A stretch of DNA of 20,000 bases from the NCBI GenBank assembly GCA_910592345.1, contig CAJVPI010000031.1, positions 55,420 to 75,419 of the forward strand, in the 5' to 3' direction. This document shows, piece by piece, positions 1 to 10,744 of the stretch. The DNA is from Paraglomus brasilianum (Eukaryota). The translations under genes were made by a program, and so were the position numbers. The notes beneath the pieces are model-generated. The model was not told the origin of the DNA and did no database searches. It worked only from the letters and a program-made list of their open reading frames with translations. Every line of letters begins with the position of its first letter. Within the stretch, counting starts at the first letter, position 1.

Positions 1-1749
1 TCATTGTGTATGAGATTGTTGGTTCAACACGTGGATATCGGCGGTGCTAAATCGACACGAGAAGCACAGGAGAGAGAGCAAGTAGAGGTAGCTGGAGTGT
101 TAGCAGACAGGAAAAAGAAGAACACTGCTGGTAATTCTAGCAACAAGGCAACCGATTCGCTGACACTTCGACAAGAGATGATGAGTGCATTACGTGAACT
201 AGAAACAAGGAGATTACAGTCGCAAATGGAGAATCGATTGATAGGAAAGGTGCTAGATGACAATCAGCCTGAGTATAGACCACTGGTATTTCTTGCGTCG
301 TCAAGTTCCAACATATCACTCAGATGGCAGCAAGGCAAGTTTCTTGGTGCTGGTACGTTCGGATCCGTATATTTGGCTGTGAATCTGGACTCGGGAGAGT
401 TGATGGCTGTCAAAGAGATAAGATTTCCCGACCCGTCATCTCTAACGACATTGTACAAGTCTGTTAAGGAGGAAATGTCAGTTATGGAAAAGCTCAATCA
501 TCCCAACATAGTATCGTATTATGGAATTGAAGTACATCGTGATAAGGTGTATATATTTATGGAATATTGTCAAGGCGGATCTCTTAGCAGTCTGCTAGAT
601 CATGGGCGCATTGAAAATGAGACTGTGATACAGTGTTATACATATCAGATGTTGAAAGGGATATCATATTTACATGACAGTGATGTTATACATCGAGATG
701 TTAAGCCAGATAGTAAGTAGTGCAACTGAATTTATAGTAACCAGTTTATTACTTTATCCTAAGTCATATATACTAACTAATTTGTCCTCTCATCTCGGCG
801 CGTGTCTGTGCTTATCCATTAGATATCCTCCTTGATCATGCGGGAGTTATTAAATTTGTGGATTTTGGAGCTGCCAAGATACTCGCCAAGAATCAAAAGA
901 CGATGGGTAGGACGACCATGGGAATACGTACTGGTGCAAATAGCCTAACGGGAACGCCGATGTACATGGTAAATATATTATAATAGCATACAATTCTGCA
1001 GGTTGTATATCTTCTATGCAACTAACTTATCCTTATCTAATGAATAGGCACCAGAAATAATTACTGGGGGAGAGAAAGGTCGGAAAGGTTCAATGGACAT
1101 TTGGTCTCTGGGTTGCTGTGTTTTGGAAATGGCAACTGGACGTCGACCATGGCATAATCTCGACAATGAATGGGCAGTGATGTATCACGTGGTCACGGGA
1201 CATCCTCCTCTTCCAGACCCGTCTCAATTGTCTGAAAAGGGGATAGACTTTCTCAAACAGTGCTTCATTCAGTCGGCAGTTGTCCGTCCAACAGCAAAGG
1301 AGCTTCTCCAACACTCATGGATAAGAGAGTTTTCTGACGTATTCGAACCTATCAATGGGAACGGAGAAAATAACAGTTACAATACTAGTTCAACCGAAGG
1401 TCTAGTGGTGGTTTCTAATGCTGATGAGATAAGTGAGATAGGAGATGATGACGATGATGGAGGATATGGAGGCATGGGAGATGATAAATATGACGATGAT
1501 TACGAGATGGTGAGAACGATCGAGTCATCATCGAATGGTAGCATGTACTTGATGCAAGACGCGGCGCTATCCGAAACTTCAATGATCAGTGTGGAGAGTG
1601 AGGCAGGGTTAGGAAATGTGCATAATGGGGGAAACGAAGCAAACTTGAACGTGGTGAGCGAGATGGCGTCGGAAGAAATACGAAAAGTAGATGAAACGAC
1701 AAGTAAACCGTTGAATGGAATAAGTGGTGATGTGATATCATTTAATTAA
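1..1749 (+). CDS. SSK2: Stress-activated MAP kinase kinase kinase (Ssk2/Ssk22/Wis4/Win1, MEKK4-like), 5'-truncated by the window; exons <1-712, 823-968, 1048-1749
   Basis: Spliced product has all kinase motifs: GAGTFGSV, MAVKEI, HRDVKPDN, DFGAAK, TGTPMYMAPE, DIWSLGCCVLEMATGRRPW. The pre-kinase SSNISLRWQQG and post-kinase LDNEWAVMYHV segments are typical of the Ssk2 family. GT-AG introns 713-822 and 969-1047 restore the frame. Confidence 0.93.
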
Positions 1750-2676
1750 TCAAAATTATATTTAATGCTTGCGTCGCTGGCTGGGATACATCTTGTTGAT
1801 TATCGGTGCCGGAAGTTCTATTCTTGTAATTTCTTTATGGTTCCCAATTTTGCTGTGACATATAAACTCTTCTAATAAAGATTTGTTGTTATAATGGAAA
1901 AAAAGGAAATCATTTCCGCTGTAGTGCTGTAGTACGTATATTCTCTTTTTGTGTCAGTTTTGCTAATTGCTAATAATAAAATGATCGCATAATCTAATCG
2001 TTAATCATTAATAAACGCAACTCGCTCATTGCGGGCGAATCTCGGCCTGGCCATTTTCCGGCATCTTGTTTCCTCACCATCAGAACTGGTCAACAAACGT
2101 TAGCACTCTTTTATTGTTGATACTCTTCGTCGGAATGGATAATAACCATTTAAAGTCAACAAAAGCCAAGCATTTCTGCACAGTGTGGTCGTGCGAACAA
2201 TATATTATGACAATAGCGATGAATAATAGAAATAACCGTACTATAATGATATTGTTTGTAAGACTTTTTTAACGACGATATTTTAATATCTCCAACGATC
2301 TTTCTTACTTGCTAATTTAGGACGACAATTGAACCAATTAATTCCGTAGGTACAGTATAATAATAAATCATCATAATATTAATTAATGTTAATATTTGAT
2401 ATTAATATGTTAAACTGTTCCATTAATTTGCTTAATTGCAAGTAGCGAATCATTTAATAAATTATTTCAAAGTTCAACGCTTTTCGTATTTGCAGTTCAT
2501 TTTCCACTTCAAATGACTCCTTTATTTTAACGTGCGGTTATCATTTTGCCGCCGTGTAATATATATTGTTTTATCTACAACTACATGATATTGCCCACTC
2601 TAGTTTTTCTAGATTATTGAAATGTAAAACGAACGTAAATATATCCAATGTAGAGTACATATTGATTAAATTACGA

Positions 2677-3326
2677 TTACAATAAGACGGAAGCAACAAG
2701 GGCGGTGAAGAGTGCGCCGAAGGTTGCACCAAAGGTCGCGGCACCAGAACCATAACCGCCAGAACCAGAAGAGCTAGAACCAGAAGAACCAGAACCAGAA
2801 GAACCGGAACCGGAAGAACCGGAACCGGAAGAACCAGTGGAACCACCTGAGGTGCTGTTAGTGGTGGCATTGCCTCCAGCACCACCACCGACAGTGAGAA
2901 CCAATTTCATATTTCCTACTGCACAATGTTGAGCGACACCACAGTAGAACCATAACTACAAAATCAAGCATAAAATGTGTGAGTTGCAAGGGATCAAGAA
3001 TTGAGTCAAGGTAAATTTTTTATATTAGAGTAGTAGCTTACCTTGGGCATACCAGCGGGGACCTTGAAAGTTGATGTACCAGTGGATTGTGGGGCGACCT
3101 TGAAGGCATTTGCTTGAGCTGATGGATTGCAGGTACCGTCATCAGCTTGAATGACACTGTGTGGGCCACTAACCCACATGAAGGTGATGGTAGAACCAGC
3201 GGAGGTAGTGCCAGTGGCTGGGTTGAACTTTTGACCACCATCTCCTACTTTAATAGTCATATCCTGAGCAGCTACAAGAGCAACGAGGGCAACGAAAGCG
3301 AAGAAAAGAGCAATGACGCGCTTCAT
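2677..3326 (-). CDS. Secreted, probably GPI-anchored cupredoxin/phytocyanin-like protein, 187 aa; exons 3326-3042 and 2955-2677
   Basis: Signal peptide MKRVIALFFAFVALVALVAA. Type-1 Cu ligands H (GPHSV), then C-x4-H-x5-M (YCGVAQHCAVGNM), plus an extra Cys pair. Gly/Ser linker and hydrophobic C-terminal tail. Phase-0 intron 3041-2956 (GTAAGC...TGTAG) joins two ORF-track frames. Confidence 0.9.
2761..2847 (-). repeat. Coding 15-bp tandem repeat encoding a (GSSGS)n linker
   Basis: Repeated gaacc(a/g)gaacc(a/g)gaa units on the + strand. Confidence 0.85.
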
Positions 3327-3678
3327 TTTGTTTGAAATGTACGTGTAGTGTGTGATGTATGAAGTGGTTTAGTTGATTATCGTCTATCCAGTAGACAAGT
3401 TCTTTATGCAGGAGTTTGAATTTCGAAAGCAAGGAAAATGCCCGTGTTTAAATATCTAAATTTTCGAGGAGCACAGGTTTGATCTTGGGCGCAGTCACAA
3501 AGTAAATACAGCCGTTTAATATGCCATTGTATTGTCTTTATACTAAAATTATAAATTACTGTCTGTTATTGGTAAGTGCAAATAAATTTCCTTTATTAAT
3601 GACTATAGATGAGAAACAACTAAGGAAATTGGGGTACAGGACAATCTGGAGTGTTACAAAATTAATAACATTTATATT

Positions 3679-3870
3679 GCGTCTTTTCCGCTATTAGCAC
3701 ATTGTTTATTAGAAAAAAGCTGAAACTCAAAGGAGATTGGTGCGAGCCCTTTTTTGCTACTAGCACATGGTCGTTAGAACAAAGCTGAAACTCCATAAGG
3801 AGTATGGTATGAGTCTTTTTTGCTATTAGCACCGGGTTTATTAGGTGAAACTGATAAGGAGGGAGGGTAT
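3679..3870. repeat. Degenerate tandem repeat, 3 copies of about 63-67 bp
   Basis: Copies start at about 3679, 3742 and 3809. Shared core ttt..gcta(t/c)tagcac...ttag...tgaaact...aaggag...ggt. Confidence 0.8.
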
Positions 3871-3941
3871 TTTCCACATGCCGTGTGACCGAAATGTGCC
3901 ACATTCTAAAATAATAACAGCTTAATAATCATACTAAATAC

Positions 3942-3949
3942 TAACAATA

Positions 3950-4012
<63 letters not shown>

Positions 4013-4100
4013 TAATAACCATACTAACAACACAACAACAACAACAGCGACAACAACAATAATATAACAACAACAATAATAATAAAACAGCAACAACAAG
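3942..4100. repeat. (AAT)n microsatellite grading into (AAC)n
   Basis: Pure AAT run at about 3953-4009, then imperfect AAC/AAT. It explains the poly-I/poly-L ORFs in the track. Confidence 0.95.
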
Positions 4101-4140
4101 AGAAATAGCAAAACGAAGCACAATAGCCTGTTTAACTTTA

Positions 4141-5497
4141 TTATTCACAAATATATTTTGGGTTTTTAGTATAATGATAGCAAATCTGATTCATGCTGTA
4201 ACGATAGGGATGCGGCTGAATATTTGAGGCAAGGTCTCTTAATTCAACTAATTTGTACCAACCGCTGTTCTCGATGATATCCCCCTCATCATTACTATTA
4301 TTATCCATTTCCGCATCCGCTCCTGTTTCCATATTTGGTTGTTCATAAGACGACAAGGAAGCTAGAGCCCCACTTTTACATATTTCTTCCCATTTACACG
4401 CCAAGACATTATCTAAATCCGGAAATGGGTTAGTCAATGGCGGTTGTAAGTTCGTTTCACCTGGTCCCTCCATGTCGATCGTAACTGTATTGATAAAAAT
4501 AAAAAAGAGTTATACCAACTCTTTCTACACTTTTCACCGCACCCGAGCACCGCACCCCCTCACCTCCTCACATCTTAAACACAACTGTTTGACAAAAAGC
4601 CCATCGGAATTGCCGTGTATGGCAATGATACTTACTAACAGCTCGCAAACCAAACCAAGGACCATATTTAGGATGTATGCTTAGAAAGCAATTAGGGTTG
4701 TAATATGCAAATGAGGCGGATGTCATTAATTGCTGAAATGACACTAATCTTTCCGGTGTTACTTCGTAAGCATATCTGATATCATAAGCAAGACTCTTGG
4801 GGTAACGAGCAACAAGATTCGAGACAACGTGTTCAATGCAAATGTTTGTGTATGTGTCCAAGGGGTGTTTTTGGGAATTGAGATTATGGCGTACATACGA
4901 GGTGAAAATATGCCACAAATGCTGTCGTGAATATTGTAATTAAAGTCAACATTTTGCTCCTGCATGCATGTTATACAACAAATGGAGGTTATCGATGACT
5001 ATTCTCAACCTTTGTATTGCCAACCAGCACAGCCAAGGTATTGGTGCGATCGAATGTTGTCAATGGCTCATGCGTCTTTACCCCTGTATTGTATCTTTTG
5101 TACAGCAGAGAGGGTTGGTGTTTTGCATCAGATGGGAAAAAAAGTTTAGTATGTATGACACAAGGGGTGGGGTAGGGGTGGGGTAGGTAGGAGAAGTGCA
5201 TAATGACAAATATTGATAAGACTTGAGTACAGCAATACTTTGATACAGCTGTCTTGCATTTGGCCTCCTTTGTGTCAGGAAGAAAAGGAAAGCATACACG
5301 CATACACGCATACACGCATACACGCATACACAACATTATCTGTCCATTATGCTCGTTTTCCTATCATTATTCCAGTCACGTCATCCTTACCTTTGTGCGG
5401 AAAACGCATAAACTATATCAAATCCCAATGTATACAAGCACGCCCCTATCCTTGTTGTGAGGTTTACCCATTCATCAGCACGTTGGGGCAAAGACAT
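4141..5497 (-). CDS. MMACHC: Cobalamin-processing protein CblC/MMACHC homologue (cyanocobalamin reductase / alkylcobalamin dealkylase), 273 aa; exons 5497-5391, 5094-5010, 4921-4636, 4484-4141
   Basis: Splice phases are consistent (107+85+286+344 = 822 nt). Motifs match the recalled human MMACHC in order: LGFDIVYAFSAQRYN (FGFEVYPFQVAWYN), TLAVLVGNT (TLAFLVLST), HPLD (DPVD), YEVTPER (YEVHPNR), SIHPKYGPWFGLRA (CIHPRFGGWFAIRG), LRD...RYSMNQICYH (YRD...RYSEEQKAYF). Confidence 0.88.
5164..5183 (+). other. G-quadruplex-forming motif GGGGTGGGGTAGGGGTGGGG in CblC intron 1
   Basis: Four G4 tracts with loops of 1, 2 and 1 nt. Confidence 0.75.
5292..5331. repeat. (GCATACAC)x5 perfect tandem repeat in CblC intron 1
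   Basis: Five exact 8-bp copies. Confidence 0.95.
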
Positions 5498-7678
5498 GGC
5501 GGAACAAGAAGTTTATTGTTCCTTCTTCCTCCCTGGTAAAATGATTTCCAGCATCCAATCAGTATCGATTTGGGTTGTATTTGTACGTATGACAATGATT
5601 GTTCTGAAATAGAAAAAGGGGTTGAAAATAATTCACTATAGCATGTCTCGGACATAAATTACTCGACCCATTGGTGGTACTCTTTACAAATAAAGAAAAC
5701 GTAATCACAAATTATCCGACAATTAAAATTGTGATTACTTCATAAATTACTTGTTCCGTTACAATAGTATGAATGACCCATCTTTATTCTGTATATACAT
5801 TTCTAAAGACAACAATGGTTATCTTTCATTGTGAAAATGACGTTGCTTTCAACTTTTAAAGAAGGAAGATTTTGGGGGGAACGCTGACTGTGTTGCACAA
5901 TTCATACAACTTTATTAAGCTTACACACGCCGTCTATTTTTCGCATCCTTGTTCGGCTTTTCTGAAGGAAAATATTAATACATTTATTAAAACCAATCAG
6001 AAAACCCCCCATCTGTTGCAGTATGAGCAGTTAAATTAGTTGAATTATTGCTGTTTATTATTCACAATGTAAAAGGGATAAATAATTCTTTAAAAGGTTA
6101 ATGTGATGTAATCAATTAATCAATTAACGTAACTCATATTCTCACAGGGATGTACAATCAAGATAACATCATATTCATAATTATATCCGTTCTTCAAAAC
6201 ATCATCCTAATTTGTTGCTCTCCCGTACACTCTTGCACACGGATACATATCATCGTATCTATGAAAATACGGCGGTTAATAAAATATGCGTTTTTTGTAA
6301 GACAAAGAAATACTGATAAATGTAATTCCACTTTTTTTGTATACTTTCGTAAAAATGGTTGACGCGAAGCTCAAAGCTCAAGACAAACAATTAAACATTA
6401 CTGGCTCAACGGCGCCATTTAGCCAAAGTAATACACGATTAACAAATTTTCCGTTTCGTACTGTTGAGCTGCATAATCTCAAAGAACCTGGAGAAACGGG
6501 TACCGTTGAGGAAACGAACGTAAAACCAAGGTTACACAAATAATATTGGCGTGGGAGGAATGGAATGGAGATCGATCCTACTTTTTATTTGGTTTCAAAA
6601 ATATTATTACACTGCAGGAGAAGAGCTGGCGTTTGCAACAGAACAATAATCTAACACGTCACGTGTGTAAGTTGCCGAGCAATCCATTGCTGAAAATTCA
6701 GTCCATTTGATTGATTTGCAAATCATAAAGAATAACGTTGAAAAAAATACCGACAAGCTAATGAAATTTATGGGATTAAATTCATCAGCCTCCATGAAAA
6801 GTAGATGCGAATCGATCTTGGCAAATTGTCGACGACCAAATTTATGTTTCAGGGCTATTGTAAACGGCTAGCCATTGTCGCGTCTAGATACCCCTTTTTG
6901 TAATTACGCACACGTTTCCTGCATGGTTTTGGCCCCTTATGCAAAACACTTGATCCTTGGACAAATACCTGGACAATCTCCTTTTTCACATGGTTAAAGT
7001 GAATTGGTATTTTGATCTATATATTAAAAGTACATACAGAAATATATGGTCTCCAATCAAAAAATATCGCGAGTGCTAAATAGAGTTTTTGATGAAACGT
7101 GTACTTGGGAGGCGCGATCTCATATGTGGACTAGGTGTCAAAGTTTTATATTGCAACTCTTTGATTCCATAGTACGTGTGTAACGTGATTCTCTAAGCGG
7201 GATGGAAACCTGCCATTGAATTTTCACTAACCTGCCGACTCCTTAGTGGCGCAAACTTTTACTTTTACAAATGTTTGAAATGGTCTTGGTAAATCTAGCG
7301 AGCTGTAGTGACTGATACATTTGTTATACAATGTTAGAATAATGCAATTTCATAAATTAGAAATTATCAATTATTTCACAAAGTAGTTTATTCTTAGATA
7401 ATAATCTATAGTCCTCATGAAAATTACTCATGTTTATCAATCATCCTTAGCTCTCGCAGGCAATAAGCCTTGAATGTTCCTCTTTTCAAGCCCCTATTAG
7501 CAGCTTTATTATACAGTCGAGACGAAAACATCTCGGAAAAAGTCCGTAAGATGGAGTGATTCTAATCATGTAGTTGGAAAATAAAAAATATGTATATATC
7601 AATCAAAACGTTTGTATAATTATCTGATCCATCTTTACCAATAGAACCCTTACCTAAAAATCATCATAATCAAGAACT

Positions 7679-8752
7679 CTAATTCTTTCTATTAGTGTTT
7701 CCCATTTTTAGCTCGATGCTATGCGACGATTGTTGCCGTCGCATTTCTGACGACAAATCAAAGTTCTTGGAAAACAGCTCTGTCGGCAGACTGCTCGACG
7801 TAGGTGAGACAGTCTGTACTTTCGTGTTCTGATCATTCTTTTCCTGTTCAAGGTAACGCCTGGAAAGGTAAAAGCATCACATTACTACAGATATTCTTGT
7901 AAAGAGTGCTACAATATGATAAAAACGTGGGAGGTACTGCGACGACGACAATCCAATCTCGTACATTCTTGCCTTCAGAATCATTGCTTCTTTTCTTTTT
8001 CGCAGGATCTCTGCCCGCTTCTCAGCCGTTTGCTCCCAAGTCCTGGGTGGCTCTTCGGGAGCAGCATTCTTGGCCACTGCCTCTTCAAGCTGAAATCTAT
8101 GGACAAGTGATTGTTGACTTGCATTAGTAATGGAGGACGACGACGAGGACGCGGACGAAGTCGAAGGGCTAGTAGACGGCTGCTGAGGAATGGCTGCGGG
8201 TGGCTACAAAACGCAACAAAAAAGATTAGAGATTTTCAGATAATTGGGACAGCTGAATAATAAACTTGCAAGAATGTTTTCTTTCTTCGTACCATGGGCA
8301 GAGTGCCACCATTCTGTAGAATATTGTCACATGTTACTTCGACTGAACCTGTCTTTTGAAGATCAAACTGTACTGCAGCTGGGGGGATGTTGGGAAACAT
8401 AGCACATACCGTCTCCACCTACAGAACGTAGCAGATTCTACATAAGTGAAATCCTCTATTTATGTCGTAACCAACTAGAAGCAATCTCAAACCATTTCTG
8501 CCGTAACGGGCCGAGGACGCATTCTGAACTGATCCAGGGTTGTATTATGCGGTCTCCGTAAGGTTTGGGTCTCAGATGTCGAGGCTATAGATTTCAAAAA
8601 GTTGAGCGATTTCTGGGATGGTTGTTCAAGTTCCAGCACAAGTATTATTACCAAATCTTTCAGTTGGTAGAGAAGACAGACTTACCCAATAGCCACCGAA
8701 ACACCACTACTATAACGAAAAATGCAAGAAGAATACTAATTCCGTCATTCAT
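7679..8752 (-). CDS. CUE1: Cue1-like ER-membrane CUE-domain protein (ERAD, Ubc7 recruiter), 234 aa; exons 8752-8686, 8584-8493, 8418-8293, 8203-7965, 7859-7679
   Basis: N-terminal anchor ISILLAFFVIVVVFRWLL. CUE motif VTAEMVETVCAMFPNIPPAAVQFDLQKTGSVEVTCDNIL. U7BR/G2BR-like helix RAEILRKRKEAMILKARMRYLE. Four GT-AG introns keep the frame (705 nt total). Confidence 0.85.
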
Positions 8753-10033
8753 AGTTGTGGAGAGAGGGTCAGGATTGTGCGGTTTACAAACCAAGGCAGA
8801 CAAAGATCATGACGCCACAATTTGTGTATGGTATTAAACGCCACAACGCAGATGTTTATTGTATGATAACATGTGATTGCAACGGTTGACATGATCGACC
8901 ACGACTTGTGCCGTATTTTCCTTTCGGATACAGTATTACTTTAGAGCACTATAATACGTTTTTCATGTTGACTAGATGGTTTATGGTAGAAATTTATGCT
9001 AAAATGATTACAACATCGTCACGGCTACGAAAGCCATTTTTATGCCAGAAAATTTAGCGAGTGAATTTATCGAAATTTTTGTGCGTGCTTAAAAAGGTGT
9101 GTAGCACGTTTAAACAAATGTTGCATTCATGTAATTCAGCAAAACTTTTTCGAGAATCGATGAAAGTAACCACATTTACGGTTTAATTCCAAAAATGATA
9201 TTGTCTTCATATTCGCTGAAACCATGAATTCATGATTCGTGTTTGATACATATCGGATATGTTTTGTCCTCGTGCACAGCCACAATTTTTAAACGCGAAT
9301 ATACGTCATGTTTATTAAGTGATGCACTGTGCTTACGTGATGAATATGTCTCGTTACATTATTATTATATAGAGATTATTGTGCAATTTTAAACTTGTTT
9401 ATTTTACGGTAAACTATTAAATTTTATTGGTGATGTGAACTTGGTCGTCCGAAAAAAAAAAAAAAGGAAGGGCAGTCCCGTGATTCTAGCCTGATGTTTT
9501 ATCGGTGGATAAGAACGAATGTTGCTTTTTACGTGACAAATCGTCATTATGTAAATATTATAGGTATCAATCAGTTCGAGAAGGCAAACGCTATTACGGG
9601 CTGAAGATCCCTAGAAATCAATCTACGATGGAGCTTAGTAGTGGCTGTTGTTGAATTCGAAGCTTATAAATTGCCGCCTACTGCGAAACTCTTGTAGATA
9701 TATTTCGTGCGACTACTATTTCTACGAAATCGGTAAAACACTGTGCTCAATTCTTGTAAACTAATATTATTGTCTGAATCAAAATATCCGCGATGGAGAG
9801 AAATAGCCGATCCTATTTACGGTAACCAAAATTCAATGTCAGTTGTCGACAGGTCCCCAACTGACAAAGCGTTATTGTTAGCGAGAATGATTTTGTGGAC
9901 TCAATTTACTCTTTTCATCACATCATAATTGTTTGAGATCTCATTTGATCGGTAAGAAGGATGTTTCCAACTTTCTAACTAGTGCGGATCATATTATTTA
10001 TAACCGAAATCAACTCGATAGTCTGTCCTCAAA

Positions 10034-10039
10034 TATAAA
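10034..10039 (+). promoter_or_regulatory. Putative TATA box of the small secreted peptide gene
   Basis: TATAAA ending 44 nt upstream of ATG 10083. Confidence 0.35.
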
Positions 10040-10082
10040 GAACGTCTAAACTGCCCTTTCAAGCTCCAACAAAAAAGTAATC

Positions 10083-10400
10083 ATGAATTCAAAAATCATT
10101 CTCCTGCTGATCGCTCTTGCCCTGTTTGCCAGTATGGTACCAAGCGTCAATGCGGATTGCCCTAATCCAAAACCACCTTGCGATAAGGGTAATTAATCAT
10201 TATAATATTATTTCTGTTGAAAAAATAATAATAGGCTGTAATCTAAATTATAAAACTTTGTTTTACTTATTTCAGGAACCAGTTGTGCATCTTCGAAGCT
10301 AACAATGCACATGTTCCTGCTGTGCAACCAAAATTTCCCTCATCACAAGAAATCTTTGATTACAATAAAGTTGTACTTATTGAAATCTTTGATTACATAG
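10083..10400 (+). CDS. Candidate small secreted Cys-containing peptide (76 aa as spliced; possibly decayed); exons 10083-10188, 10276-10400
   Basis: Clear signal peptide MNSKIILLLIALALFASMVPSVNA, then DCPNPKPPCDK. Intron 10189-10275 (GTAATT...TTTCAG). Continues GTSCASSKLTMHMFLLCNQ... Not present in the ORF track. Confidence 0.55.
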
Positions 10401-10744
10401 AGAAAAGGATTCTTCTTTGTTATACTTTAAATCGTGGCAATTACGTTTATTCGTTTATTGTAAATAGATGGCACTCATAAAATGACTTTTTTTTATTGTC
10501 TTCTCATAAAAATGTTATTAGATCTTTTTTAACCAATCGTCGCTATGATGTAATAAAGCTATTGTCGCTTTTGTTCAAACATGTTATTGAAGCGTTTAAA
10601 CGTGTATGGCAATATGTTTATCAAAGTATATTCACCCCAAATTCATCGTACATTCTTGTGACTTAAACATCCTCATTTTGGCAAAAGCGTTACTGGTGAT
10701 CTGTTTGCTATTGGCATCACAAGGTGAATCTTTGTTTTGAAATA

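Noticed and set aside
2571..2888. 105-aa Val/Leu/Pro-rich ORF
   Set aside because: Alternative frame of the cupredoxin Gly/Ser repeat.
3679..3870. Repeat-spacer pattern as a CRISPR array
   Set aside because: Whole units are homologous and degenerate, with no unique spacers or cas genes, in a eukaryotic context.
3906..4148. Hydrophobic poly-Ile/poly-Leu ORFs resembling membrane peptides
   Set aside because: Translation artefacts of the (AAT)n/(AAC)n microsatellite.
5078..5539. ORFs with CMRVCVY/HAYTHTR repeats
   Set aside because: Derived from the (GCATACAC)5 repeat inside CblC intron 1.
5095..5700. Cobalamin riboswitch near CblC
   Set aside because: No B12-box or recognisable conserved riboswitch core was seen, and none is established in eukaryotes. 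An Infernal search would be decisive.
6150..6870. Short + strand ORFs (6150-6362, 6337-6543) and - strand ORF 6607-6795
   Set aside because: No recognisable domain and no consistent exon chain; possibly a relic but unsupported.
1..8752. Functional cluster of MAPKKK, cupredoxin, CblC and Cue1 (metal/stress system)
   Set aside because: The genes belong to unrelated pathways and eukaryotic adjacency alone is not evidence; it would need conserved synteny or co-expression.
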